Of a stretch of DNA of 64,000 bases, positions 19,037-28,656 are shown piece after piece. The notes below the pieces were generated by a model that ran no database searches, was not told the DNA's origin, and was given only the letters and a program-made list of their open reading frames with translations. Origin of the DNA: Longimicrobiales bacterium (GTDB lineage: Bacteria; Gemmatimonadota; Gemmatimonadetes; Longimicrobiales; Gaopeijiaceae); NCBI GenBank assembly GCA_963664435.2, contig CAXXKM010000001.1, positions 256,001 through 320,000 on the forward strand, written 5' to 3'. Both the position numbers and the translations under genes were made by a program. Positions within the stretch are counted from its first letter, which is position 1. Every line of letters starts with the position of its first letter.

Positions 19037-21939
19037 GAGTTGCCGCCAGCTCTCTTCCCGCCGCCGGCCACCCGCTTCTTCTCCTCTTCAAGGTCCTGCA
19101 GGGTCACGCCCCCGGTAATCCACGACGGAGCCGGATCGCCTTTCAGGTAGTGGCCGAACCACTCCAGGATGCGCCGGTGATAGTCCTTCTGGTTGGCCTC
19201 CTCGCGGAACCCGTGGTCCTCGCCCTCGTAGACCAGCAGCACCATCTGTTTCCCGGCCCGCCGCGCGAAGTTGTAGAATTCGGTTCCCTGGTCCCAGTCC
19301 ACCACCCCGTCGTCGTCGCCGAAGGCCATGAGCAGCGGCGTCTCGAGATTGTGAACCTCGTGGATGGGCGAGTTGCGCCTGTGGGCCTCGGGATCCTCCC
19401 AGAAGGGAACCTCCATGCGCGCCTGACCGGTCTCCCAGTGGTCGACCTCCGGAATCCCCGGGTTCCAGTGAATGGCCCCCATGAAGCTCACGAAGTCGGT
19501 GAGCGGCGCGCCCGCCACCGAGGCCGCGAAGATGTCGGTACGGGTGGGCAGGTAGGTCGCCTGGTAGCCGCCCCAGGAGTGGCCGATGAGCCCGACGGCG
19601 TCGGGGTCGGTCACCCCCATGTCGACCACCCTGGCCACCGCGGCCCGCACCGATTCCAGCGCGCTCACGCCCGGGTCGCGCGCCCGGTACACGATGTCGG
19701 GGAGGAGCACCGCGTACCCGTGCTGGGTCCACGCCGTGAAGTTGTAGTAGTCGCGCTCGCTGGGCGCGCTGAAGCGGTGCATCTGCGGCGAGAGCATTTC
19801 GTAGGTGTAGACGATGGTCGGTACCGCCTGCCCGGCCTCGTAACCCGCCGGGTAGAGCAGCACCGCCTGCAGGTCCCGCCCGCCCTCGCTCGTGAAATCC
19901 ACCAGCCCGGCCCGGCCCCACGCCACCTCCGCGAGGAAGGGGTTGATGTCGGTGACCTGGACCGCGCCGGCAAGGCCGGGACCCCCGACGAAGTAGTCGG
20001 GCGGGTCGTCGAAGGCCTGGGCGCGGTAGAGGAACACGTCGGCGCTGTCCGCGTGCGCGAGGCCGTCCACCAGGCGGTCCTCGAACACCAGCGTCTCCGG
20101 AGGCCCGGCCCAGCCGGAGCTGAGCCGCGCGTACCCCCGCTGCTCCGTCTTTTCGTCGTAGAGCGTCAGGTAGAGGGAGGCGCCGGGATCGACGCCGGGG
20201 GTATCGTCGTCCGGCAGGCGCGCGACCCGGTGCGTGACCCCGGTCCCGGCTCCGCCGGTGAGCCGCTCGGCACCGCTCCCGTCCAGCGCCACCCGCCAGA
20301 TGTCGTGCTCGTCGTAGAGGAGCACGTCGTCACCGTCCTCCAGCCATCCCCCGGGCGCGAAGCCGTACGGCGGGAGAACGTCGGTGGGGGTGTCGTACTC
20401 GGCATTGGCGAAGGAGGTGGGCAGGTTCGAGGTCAGGTCGCGGCGCGCCCCGGTCGCGATGTCGACGCTCGAGTAGTTGGCTCCGTCGTACGAAACCAGC
20501 CGGCTGCCGTCCGCGCCGGGCCACTCGTAGCGCACCCGCGTCAGGAGCGCGCGCCGCTCTCCCGTGCCGACATCGATGGCCCAGACGTCGTGATAGGGCC
20601 GGCCGAACATCGCCCCGAAAGGATAGGGCTCGGAGATGTCTTCGAGCGCGAACTCCCAGCCGTGCAGCAGGGCCGCGTTCGCCATGAGGTCGGAGCCGAT
20701 GGTCACGACGCGATCCTCGTCCAGGTGCCAGACGGCCAGCAGGGCGCGGTTCGCGTCCAGCGCCTCCGCCGCCTGCTGCTGCGGGAAGATGCGCACGTCC
20801 CGGCTGTGCCAGATCTGGAGCCCGGGAAGGTCCGGTTCCTCCTCGTCCCCCGAATCTGCGGACCGCGTGTCCGGGCTGGTGTCCGGCACGTCGGTTTCGT
20901 CGTCGGGCGCGGTCACGCCGGCCCCGGCCTCTGTGCCCGCCGCCGCATCCGGGTCATCTCCCGCGTCCTCTTCCCGGGGCCGGAGCCCGACCGAGATCAT
21001 GGCGCCGTCGTCGGACCACTGCGGCGCCCGGTCCACGACCTCCAGCGTGTCGGCGATGCCGGCCACCCCCTCGTCGAGGACCACCACCTCCAGTCCCCGG
21101 TCGAGGCCGCGCCAGGCCAGCACGTCGTACGCGGCGCCCGCAGCCGAGGCATCTCCACGCGAGCGCAGGGCAGCCAGGTCGGCCGCATCGTCGCGCCAAG
21201 CCAGCCCCCGGTAGCGGGCTCCCGACGCGTCCGCCGACCTGAGCGTGCCCGAGCCGGCATCGTAGATCTGCACGCCGTTGCCCAGGTCGGTCCCGGTCGC
21301 GATCACCATCGCAAGCAGCGATGCCGAGGAACTCCACTCCATCTCGGCGACGTTGCCGAAACTCGTCTCCGAGCCCGCGGCCACCGTCACAACCCGCAGG
21401 TCGGCCCCCTTCCCTTCGGGCTCTTCGGGGGCCTCTCCGCGTAGCGCGATGTATCGCCCCGACGCGTCGAAGCTCCACTCGGACACCGCCTCGAACCGGC
21501 GGATCTCTCCGCTGGCCAGATCCAGCAGCGCCGCCCCTTCGCGGGCGGTCTCGCCCTCCTCGTCGAGCCGTTCGCTCTCCTCCGGCGACAGCCCCACGGT
21601 CCACGCCAGCCAGCGTCCGTCAGGCGAAAAGCCCGGGGACTCGCCCCACGGAAAGACGCGCGTCGAATCCTCGCGCACGCGCCGCACCCGCAACGCCGCC
21701 GTCTCGTCGACGCGGGTGACTTCGTAGGCGATCCAGTCTCCATGCGGCGAAAGCACCGCCGGCCCGGGAGTCTCCCAGCGCCCGTAGTCTTCGGGCGCGA
21801 CACGGGGGAGGTCCTGTGCGGAAAGGGGAAGCGCGGCGGCGAGCAACCCCGCCGCCAGGCGGCCCATGGCGGAGCGAAGGCCGCGAACCGAAACAGTGGG
21901 GCCGGGGATGGACACCGGGGAGGCTGGGGATGAACTCAC
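19033..21939 (-). CDS. Secreted S9 (prolyl oligopeptidase) family peptidase
   Basis: Signal peptide, beta-propeller repeats (FSPDGRWLA), GHSWGG nucleophile, DDGVV, EDHGF. Confidence 0.92.
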   Translation of the reverse strand: MSSSPASPVSIPGPTVSVRGLRSAMGRLAAGLLAAALPLSAQDLPRVAPEDYGRWETPGPAVLSPHGDWIAYEVTRVDETAALRVRRVREDSTRVFPWGESPGFSPDGRWLAWTVGLSPEESERLDEEGETAREGAALLDLASGEIRRFEAVSEWSFDASGRYIALRGEAPEEPEGKGADLRVVTVAAGSETSFGNVAEMEWSSSASLLAMVIATGTDLGNGVQIYDAGSGTLRSADASGARYRGLAWRDDAADLAALRSRGDASAAGAAYDVLAWRGLDRGLEVVVLDEGVAGIADTLEVVDRAPQWSDDGAMISVGLRPREEDAGDDPDAAAGTEAGAGVTAPDDETDVPDTSPDTRSADSGDEEEPDLPGLQIWHSRDVRIFPQQQAAEALDANRALLAVWHLDEDRVVTIGSDLMANAALLHGWEFALEDISEPYPFGAMFGRPYHDVWAIDVGTGERRALLTRVRYEWPGADGSRLVSYDGANYSSVDIATGARRDLTSNLPTSFANAEYDTPTDVLPPYGFAPGGWLEDGDDVLLYDEHDIWRVALDGSGAERLTGGAGTGVTHRVARLPDDDTPGVDPGASLYLTLYDEKTEQRGYARLSSGWAGPPETLVFEDRLVDGLAHADSADVFLYRAQAFDDPPDYFVGGPGLAGAVQVTDINPFLAEVAWGRAGLVDFTSEGGRDLQAVLLYPAGYEAGQAVPTIVYTYEMLSPQMHRFSAPSERDYYNFTAWTQHGYAVLLPDIVYRARDPGVSALESVRAAVARVVDMGVTDPDAVGLIGHSWGGYQATYLPTRTDIFAASVAGAPLTDFVSFMGAIHWNPGIPEVDHWETGQARMEVPFWEDPEAHRRNSPIHEVHNLETPLLMAFGDDDGVVDWDQGTEFYNFARRAGKQMVLLVYEGEDHGFREEANQKDYHRRILEWFGHYLKGDPAPSWITGGVTLQDLEEEKKRVAGGGKRAGGNS

Positions 21940-21990
21940 GGGAATCTCCTTGAATCCAGGAATTGTCGGGGCGGCAAGACGGCGCGCCCG

Positions 21991-23568
21991 TTAGTTCAAC
22001 TTCTCATCCCAGACCACCCACACCCCCGGCGGGGCGCGGAACTCGTGGCCGTGCGGACGGCTGGGCCGCTCCGGGTCGAGCCGCAGCCCCGGCAGCCGGA
22101 ACACCCGCGCCAGAGCCTCCCGCGCCTCGATGCGAGCCAGCGTGGCTCCGAGACAGAAGTGGCGTCCGGCGCCGAAGGAAAGGTGGTCGCGGGCGTTGGG
22201 CCGGTCCGGGTTGAACCGGTCGGGATCCTCGAAGTGAGCAGGATCGCGGTTGGCCGCGCCCAGCATGCACTGAACGGTCTCGCCGGCGGGAATCCTTACC
22301 CCCCGGATCTCGACCGGCTCCGTGGTGAAGCGCGTGCAGGACTGGACCGCCGCGTCCCACCTGAGCGACTCCTCGAACACATCGTCCAGGCGGTCCGCGT
22401 CCTCCGCCGGCAGCCGCGAGGGCATTCGATGAGACAGTGCGGCCCAGATCGCGCTGGCGATTGCCGACTCGGTGGTCTCGATGCCGCCGAAGAGGACGAT
22501 CAGCAGGTTGGCCACCATCTCCGCCTCGGCAAGCGGCTCGGCGTCGGTGCGGAGTTCCGCAATCGTCGAGCGTTCGGGCACCGGGCGCTGCCCCTGGAGG
22601 AAAGGCGTCACGTACGCGCCGAACTCGCGTGCCGCGATCTTGCCCCTCCCCCGCACCTCCGGATCGCCCGTGAAGTTCTCGAGCGCCGCGGCGAAGTCGT
22701 CGTACCAGGCCAACAGGCGTGGGCCATCCGGTTCCGGGAGCCCCAGCACCCGGCAGATGCTCCGCACCGACAAAGGCCGCGCCAGCCGGGCCCGCAGATC
22801 GGCCGCGCGCCGCGGGCCGCCCTCCAGCTCGTCCATCAAACCGTCCAGCACCGCCCGGACCGCTCCCAGCAGATTGCGCTCCAGGTTGCCGCGCCGGAAG
22901 GGCCCGATGAAGCGACGCTTGTACCGAATCTGCCGCTCGCCGTCGGTGGTGAGCATGTGCGATCCGAAGATGTCGCGGATGGTCGATGCCGGAGCGTCGG
23001 TGGTGAAGCGTTCCCAGTCCGCCAGCACCCCCACGATGTCGTCCCGCCGCGTGAGCATCCACATGCCCAGCGCCGGAACCCACGTCACCGGCTCCGCGGC
23101 CCTCAGCTCGTGGAAGAGCGGGTAGGGATCGCCGGCCAGCGCTTCGACGGTGATCCGGGCTCCGCGCGGGAATCGGCGGGTGCGGCTGGTTCCCCTCCGC
23201 TGCGTGAACGCCTTGCGCACCCGCTCGACCCGCCGCCGGTTCACGCCGAAATCGAAGATGCCGACCCGCGAGGCCGAGCGAACGTGGACGACCCCGTCCT
23301 CGGGCGTATACCGGAACTCGAGGTCGTCGCGAAACCTCATGAGCCGCGTCCGGCAAACCGCATACAGGCGGGTGTCCGTCGCCACCACGATCTCGGTACG
23401 CGGCATGGAGCGGACGATCTTCTCCAGTCCGCGCAGCGCAGCAACCGGATCCTCGTTTACGGAAAAGGGCGCCACCCGGTGGATCCACCATCCGCCGGGC
23501 CGACTGCTCACGTAATTGAGCAGAAACGGATGGAACGACCGTACCGGGGGGCCTGCGTCCGACGACAT
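21991..23568 (-). CDS. DUF1499-cytochrome P450 fusion protein
   Basis: N-terminal RFRDDLEF...VHVRSASRVGIFDFGVNRRRVE (DUF1499), then DPYP, GGIETT, EESLR, ANRDP, FGAGRHFCLG. GGAGG upstream of ATG 23568. Confidence 0.85.
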   Translation of the reverse strand: MSSDAGPPVRSFHPFLLNYVSSRPGGWWIHRVAPFSVNEDPVAALRGLEKIVRSMPRTEIVVATDTRLYAVCRTRLMRFRDDLEFRYTPEDGVVHVRSASRVGIFDFGVNRRRVERVRKAFTQRRGTSRTRRFPRGARITVEALAGDPYPLFHELRAAEPVTWVPALGMWMLTRRDDIVGVLADWERFTTDAPASTIRDIFGSHMLTTDGERQIRYKRRFIGPFRRGNLERNLLGAVRAVLDGLMDELEGGPRRAADLRARLARPLSVRSICRVLGLPEPDGPRLLAWYDDFAAALENFTGDPEVRGRGKIAAREFGAYVTPFLQGQRPVPERSTIAELRTDAEPLAEAEMVANLLIVLFGGIETTESAIASAIWAALSHRMPSRLPAEDADRLDDVFEESLRWDAAVQSCTRFTTEPVEIRGVRIPAGETVQCMLGAANRDPAHFEDPDRFNPDRPNARDHLSFGAGRHFCLGATLARIEAREALARVFRLPGLRLDPERPSRPHGHEFRAPPGVWVVWDEKLN

Positions 23569-23644
23569 CGGGTCGACCTCCCATCCAGCGTACTCGCATG
23601 GGCCAAGGGTCCCGTCCGGGATGAGACTCCTGCATGGCCTTCGA

Positions 23645-24823
23645 CTAACCCACCACCTCCGCCAAAGCCGCCATTGCCTCATCCAGCTGGGTGTCGGTGA
23701 CGTAGGGTGCCGGGCCCAATCGCAGGGTGCTGCCCCGGAAGTCCACGTGGACCCCGCGTACCCGCAGCTTGCTGCATATTTCCGCCGCATGCGGCGACTC
23801 CAGGGCCAGGAATCCACCGCGCCGCGACAGCGGCACGGTCCGGTCGCGCTGCAGCACCGCAGGATCGAGGTCCAGCGCGTCGATTCCCGACGCCAGCCGC
23901 CGAATCCGTCTCAGGCTCATGCCGCGCAACCGGCCGACCCTCAGCCCCTGCTCGCGGAAGAATGCGAAGACCGCCGCGGCGCGGTAGTGACTGACGGGGT
24001 CGTAGGTCGCCCCGGCAAAACGGAGATGTCCTTCGGCGTACGCGACGCCACCGTCGCCGGGCGCATAGGCACGGGTCGCGAACTCGGCGAACCATCCGGT
24101 CAGAACGGGCCGCAGCCGGCAGTCGCGCGGGAACCGGAGGAAGCAGTTCCCTTCCCCCAGCTGGCAATACTTGTATCCACCCCCTGCCACGAACGCGTTT
24201 TCGAGCCCCATCTCCACCACCGAGAAAGGGACCGCGTTGAGGGAGTGGTAGGCGTCGACGAGCAACTCGGCGCCCACCCGCACACAGGCCTCCGCCACCT
24301 CGCGCAGCCCATCCACGATGCGCGCGTCCCGATACAGGACGGATGACACCAGCACCGCCGCAGTCCGGTCGTCCACCGCCCGCGCGAGCCCCTCGGCCAA
24401 AGGCGCATCCGGGCGCGCCGGCACCCTGACGATCTCGAGCCCCTCGGACTCGAGCCGGTCGAGCTGTCGCCGGATGGTGTGGAATTCACCGTCCGTGGTG
24501 ACCAGCCGGGGCCGGTCCCGCAACGGCAGCGCCGACAGGAACCGAGTCACCAGCTCGTGGGTGTTGTGGCCGAGCGCGATGTGGCCGTCGGGGTCGTCCA
24601 GGAGTCGCCGGTAGCCCGCGCGCACCTGGTCGGCCCTCCCAAAGGCCCGCTCCCATTTGTCGTCCACATGCTCGGCGGCGTCGAGCCAGGCCTGCTGCTG
24701 GGCCTCGAAGGCAACGTCCGGCCAGGCCTGGTGCGAATGCCCGGTCAGCAGCACGCGATCCGACACGCGGAAGCGCGAGTAGTGGCTTGCCAGAGTGACG
24801 GATCCGCGCTGATTTCCCACCAT
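23645..24823 (-). CDS. kynU: Kynureninase-like class V PLP enzyme (start uncertain, 24799-24883)
   Basis: LTGHSHQAWP, TDGEFH, VDAYH, GGYKYCQLGEG, TGWFA, VDFRG..LRLGPAPY. Confidence 0.8.
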   Translation of the reverse strand: MVGNQRGSVTLASHYSRFRVSDRVLLTGHSHQAWPDVAFEAQQQAWLDAAEHVDDKWERAFGRADQVRAGYRRLLDDPDGHIALGHNTHELVTRFLSALPLRDRPRLVTTDGEFHTIRRQLDRLESEGLEIVRVPARPDAPLAEGLARAVDDRTAAVLVSSVLYRDARIVDGLREVAEACVRVGAELLVDAYHSLNAVPFSVVEMGLENAFVAGGGYKYCQLGEGNCFLRFPRDCRLRPVLTGWFAEFATRAYAPGDGGVAYAEGHLRFAGATYDPVSHYRAAAVFAFFREQGLRVGRLRGMSLRRIRRLASGIDALDLDPAVLQRDRTVPLSRRGGFLALESPHAAEICSKLRVRGVHVDFRGSTLRLGPAPYVTDTQLDEAMAALAEVVG

Positions 24824-25116
24824 GCCACGTTCGAAGCGGTTTCGTGAGCGGCGGGCCATCGAGGAGTTCGCAACCATCACCACCTTCGAGGCTCCGCCGC
24901 GATGTCCGGCGCTCGCCGCAGGATCGCACGTCGCCGGTCACCAACAACATACTGAATGTCGGGCCGACCCCGGAAACGGCGGCAGGACGGCGGAGATGAT
25001 CTCATTCGTCACCTTGGATCGAAGTCAGGCGAAGGTGGCGGCGGGACTGGGTTTCCGACGCCGAACGGTGTAGGCTGACTGCAACCCGCCCGTCCCGCAC
25101 CCGGGGAGGAAGTGAG

Positions 25117-27795
25117 ATGGTTTTTCGCGTTCATCCATGCAGGGCGCTCCTCTACGCGGCCGTTCCGCTCCTTGCGATGTCGATTGCGTCCACTATCGCG
25201 CCCGCGCACGCCCAGCTCCCCCCGCCCGCCGAGCTGACCACCCTCTCCGTACCCCGCTTCGACATCGCCTCCTCCCACATCGAGCTCACCGGCCCGGTGC
25301 GGCCCGGGGAATACCTCGGCGTCGTCGGCCCACGCGCGGCATGGCTGGGGCTCGAGACCGGTGAAGCCGAGCTCTGGGTGCATCCGCTGAAGATCGGAAA
25401 CGGCTTCCGCCTGAGCTTCTCGACCTCCGGCAACGCCGCGCCGGTTCCGGGCAGCGAAGTGGCCCGGACCGTCCACGTGCGGCCCGAACTCACCACCATC
25501 ACCTACAGCCACGCGGCCTTCCAGGTGCGCCAGCACATCCTCGCGCCCGCGGACACGGCTGCACCCGGCCTCCTGGTTCTGCTGGAGGTGGACAGCCCCG
25601 AGAGGCTCGAGGTCGTGGCCGAATTCGAGCCGGTGCTGAACTACATGTGGCCCGGCTCCATCGGGGGGCAGTACGCGTACTGGGATGCCGGGCGGCGCGT
25701 CTTCGTCCTTTCCGAGAGCCTGCAGACCCGCAACGCGGTTGTGGGTTCGCCCTGGGCCACGAACTCGGTCGAGCATCCCGCGCACCAGCTCGGCGAGGCC
25801 CCGCGCACGATGGTGATCCCCGTCGATCCGGAGCGGGCGCGGCGCGAGTTCGTCCCCATCGCGGTGGCGGGCGGGACGGCTCCGCGCGACGCCGTCCTTG
25901 ACGACTACCGGCGGCTGATCGCGGACGCGGAGTCGCTCTATCGCGGCAAGCGGGCGTGGGCGGACGACGCCCTCGCCTCAACGGTGTCCATCGAGACGCC
26001 GGATGCGGAGCTGGACCTCGCCCTCGAGTGGGCCAAGATCAACCTGGAGGAACAGCGGGTGTGCAATCCGGACCTGGGGTGCGGCTTCGTGGCCGGCTGG
26101 GGGCTGTCCGGCAACGGGACACGGCCCGGGTTCGGCTGGTTCTTCGGGGGCGACGCGGCGATCAACACCTTCGCCATGGACGCGCTGGGCCAATGGGACC
26201 TGGTGGCGGAGGAGCTGGCGTTTCTCGCCCGCTACCAGCGCGCCGACGGCAAGATCACCCACGAGATCTCGCAGGCCGCGGCGCACATCGACTGGTTCGA
26301 CACGTACCCCTACGCCTACTACCACGCCGACACCACGCCGTACTGGATGCTCGCGCTCTACGAGTACTGGCGGGCCAGCGGCGACGACGAGCTGGTGCGC
26401 GAGCTGTGGCCGGCCTACCGGCGCGCGTGGACGTGGTGCCTTACCGCCGAGACCGACGGCGACGGCATCATCGAGAACACGGTGGGCGGTCTCGGCGCGG
26501 TCGAGGTGGGGGGGCTGGGGGAGGCGATCCACCAGGACATCTACCTGGCTGCCGTGTGGGTGGCGGCGCTCGACGGGGCGCGCGCGCTGGCTCGACACAT
26601 GGGCGACGACGAGATCGGGGAGGTGGCGGTCCGCCTTGCGACCGACGCCGGGGAGACGCTCAACGGGGCCTACTGGCGCGAAGCGGAGGGCCACCACGCC
26701 TTCGGCATCCTTCGCGGGGGCGGCACCAACGACAACCTCACGGTCTGGCCCGCCACGGCCGCCTCCTTCGGTCTGCTCGACGACGAACGCGCGCGCTCAA
26801 CCCTGACCAGGATGGCCGGCGACCGGATCTCGTCCGACTGGGGCGCGCACATGCTCTCGACGGAGAGCGATCTCTACGACCCCCTGCAGTACAACCAGGG
26901 CACCGTGTGGCCCTTCGTGACCGGGTTCGCGGCGTGGGCGCAGTACCGCTACCGCCGTCCCTGGGCGGGCTTCCATCTCATGGACGCAGTCAAGCAGATG
27001 ACCTTCGACTGGTCCCTGGGACGGCACCCGGAGCTCCTCTCGGGGAGCTTCTATCAGCCCCTCGACCAGACCGTGCCGCACCAGTTCTTCGCGACCTCGA
27101 TGCTGGTGACGCCGCTGCTGCGGGGGGTCTTCGGATGGCGGCCGGATGCGCCCCTCGGGCGGGGTCGGCTCGCGCCCCAGCTGCCGCCCGACTGGCCGGG
27201 GGCCTCGGTGCGCGGCCTGCGCGCGGGGAACACGACCCTCGAGGTCGAGACGCGGCAGCGGTGGTCGGCCGAGGGCGGGGAGCGGCGCACCACGATCCGA
27301 GCCGCCGGGCCGCGCCTCGACCTCGACTTCGTACCCGACGTGCCCGTCGGCGCACGCAACGTGACGGTAGCGGTGGACGGCGCACCCACGCAGCCGTCCG
27401 GAGGAGCGATTCGCGTCCAGGTGGGCGGCGCCGCGGGGGGTCGGGAGGGGGCCGAGCCGGGAGCCCCGGCCGACCGAGGCGCGGTCACCGAGATCCTTGT
27501 GACCTGGGAGGGCGGACTGGCGGTGGCGCCACCCCGCATCGACCTGGAGCCGGGCCAGCGCAGCACAGGCCTCCGGATCCTCGACCTGGTGGCCGACGAC
27601 GACGGTTGGTTGCTGACCCTCGAAGGCACAACGGGACGCGACTACGATGTTGAACTCTTCGGCACGCCGATCGACGCCACCCCGACCGACGCCAACGTGA
27701 GCGTATCCGGCCAATCGGATGGTACGATCCGTGTGAGCTTCTCCGGCGGGGGAGGCCGCGCCGCCGCGGTGGTGAGGCTCACCCCGATCGCATGA
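25117..27795 (+). CDS. Secreted six-hairpin glycoside hydrolase (amylo-alpha-1,6-glucosidase / glycogen-debranching-like)
   Basis: Signal peptide, RPGFGWFFGGD, YQRADGKITHE, HADTTP, DGDGIIEN, YNQGTVWP. Confidence 0.8.
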   Translation: MVFRVHPCRALLYAAVPLLAMSIASTIAPAHAQLPPPAELTTLSVPRFDIASSHIELTGPVRPGEYLGVVGPRAAWLGLETGEAELWVHPLKIGNGFRLSFSTSGNAAPVPGSEVARTVHVRPELTTITYSHAAFQVRQHILAPADTAAPGLLVLLEVDSPERLEVVAEFEPVLNYMWPGSIGGQYAYWDAGRRVFVLSESLQTRNAVVGSPWATNSVEHPAHQLGEAPRTMVIPVDPERARREFVPIAVAGGTAPRDAVLDDYRRLIADAESLYRGKRAWADDALASTVSIETPDAELDLALEWAKINLEEQRVCNPDLGCGFVAGWGLSGNGTRPGFGWFFGGDAAINTFAMDALGQWDLVAEELAFLARYQRADGKITHEISQAAAHIDWFDTYPYAYYHADTTPYWMLALYEYWRASGDDELVRELWPAYRRAWTWCLTAETDGDGIIENTVGGLGAVEVGGLGEAIHQDIYLAAVWVAALDGARALARHMGDDEIGEVAVRLATDAGETLNGAYWREAEGHHAFGILRGGGTNDNLTVWPATAASFGLLDDERARSTLTRMAGDRISSDWGAHMLSTESDLYDPLQYNQGTVWPFVTGFAAWAQYRYRRPWAGFHLMDAVKQMTFDWSLGRHPELLSGSFYQPLDQTVPHQFFATSMLVTPLLRGVFGWRPDAPLGRGRLAPQLPPDWPGASVRGLRAGNTTLEVETRQRWSAEGGERRTTIRAAGPRLDLDFVPDVPVGARNVTVAVDGAPTQPSGGAIRVQVGGAAGGREGAEPGAPADRGAVTEILVTWEGGLAVAPPRIDLEPGQRSTGLRILDLVADDDGWLLTLEGTTGRDYDVELFGTPIDATPTDANVSVSGQSDGTIRVSFSGGGGRAAAVVRLTPIA

Positions 27796-27831
27796 GCGTT
27801 CGCTGACGCCGACTCGCGGGAGCGGCGCCGG

Positions 27832-28176
27832 TCATAGATCCAGGACCAGGCGGAGACCCGCCTCTATTCGGCTCATGAGCACTCGTGGAATCTGTCCCGA
27901 GCGCTCGGCGAGATAGTCTTCATCCAGGGTCACGAGTTGAGTCACGTTGGCGACGGAGTCCCTCGGCAAGCCCGTTTCAGTCGCCGACAGGAGCACATTG
28001 CCGGGAGCGTCGAGATAGCGTGTCCTGGACGTCAGGGCCACGCCAATCACCGTTCTGAGCCTGCTTCGGTTGAATGCGTCGGCCTGAACGACCAGGATCG
28101 GGCGGCGGTGGCCGGGTTCGGATCCGCGCGGCTCGTCCAGATCCGCCCACCAGACCTCTCTTCGCGCAACTACCAT
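27832..28176 (-). CDS. mazF: Type II toxin, PemK/MazF family
   Basis: REVWWADL, GSEPGHRRP, VVQADAFN, LTS, TGLPRDS. Confidence 0.92.
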   Translation of the reverse strand: MVVARREVWWADLDEPRGSEPGHRRPILVVQADAFNRSRLRTVIGVALTSRTRYLDAPGNVLLSATETGLPRDSVANVTQLVTLDEDYLAERSGQIPRVLMSRIEAGLRLVLDL

Positions 28177-28403
28177 TCTTCGCCGATCGAACGGGCCTGG
28201 GCCCGACGAAGGGCCGGATCAATCCCGCTCGGAAGGTCCGCATACACGGCATCGAGCCGCGCGGTGACGTCTGCATCCCGGTGCTTCGCTACGTATTCCG
28301 CAAGAGCAGTCGCGTAAAGTTCGCTTCGGGACACCCGCAAGCGCTTCGCCAGGGCGTCGGCAGATGCGAACAATTCATCCGAGAGCGAAATCGCGGTTTT
28401 CAT
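28170..28403 (-). CDS. Ribbon-helix-helix antitoxin (CopG/ChpI-like)
   Basis: MKTAISLSDELF...LRVSRSELYATAL; overlaps the toxin start. Confidence 0.88.
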   Translation of the reverse strand: MKTAISLSDELFASADALAKRLRVSRSELYATALAEYVAKHRDADVTARLDAVYADLPSGIDPALRRAQARSIGEEW

Positions 28404-28409
28404 ACCATA

Positions 28410-28438
28410 CTACTACCATGGTATAACCATGCCGTCAA
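28410..28438 (-). promoter_or_regulatory. Toxin-antitoxin promoter with operator palindrome
   Basis: TTGACG-N17-TAGTAG, 6 nt before the ATG. The spacer contains CATGGT-TAT-ACCATG (28417-28431). Confidence 0.6.
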
Positions 28439-28656
28439 CGCCTGTCGTGCCACGCGAACCCGCCGGGCCGGGCAACCCGGCAACTCGACCGGGCCCGAGC
28501 CGTTCAGCAGCTCCAACGCGCCCATCTCCCTGTGCGCCGATCTCCTCTGAATCCGTGCGGAAAAGCCTCCCGTAGCGTATTAGTTACTGGCTAAGGGGGC
28601 GGTGTGTGGCTACGGACACGGAGCAGGCCTCCTACCGACGGTCTCAAGGGCGGCGT

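Noticed and set aside
28400..28525. 41-aa ORF whose stop overlaps the antitoxin ATG
   Set aside because: It crosses the predicted TA promoter, has no properly spaced SD and no recognisable homology.
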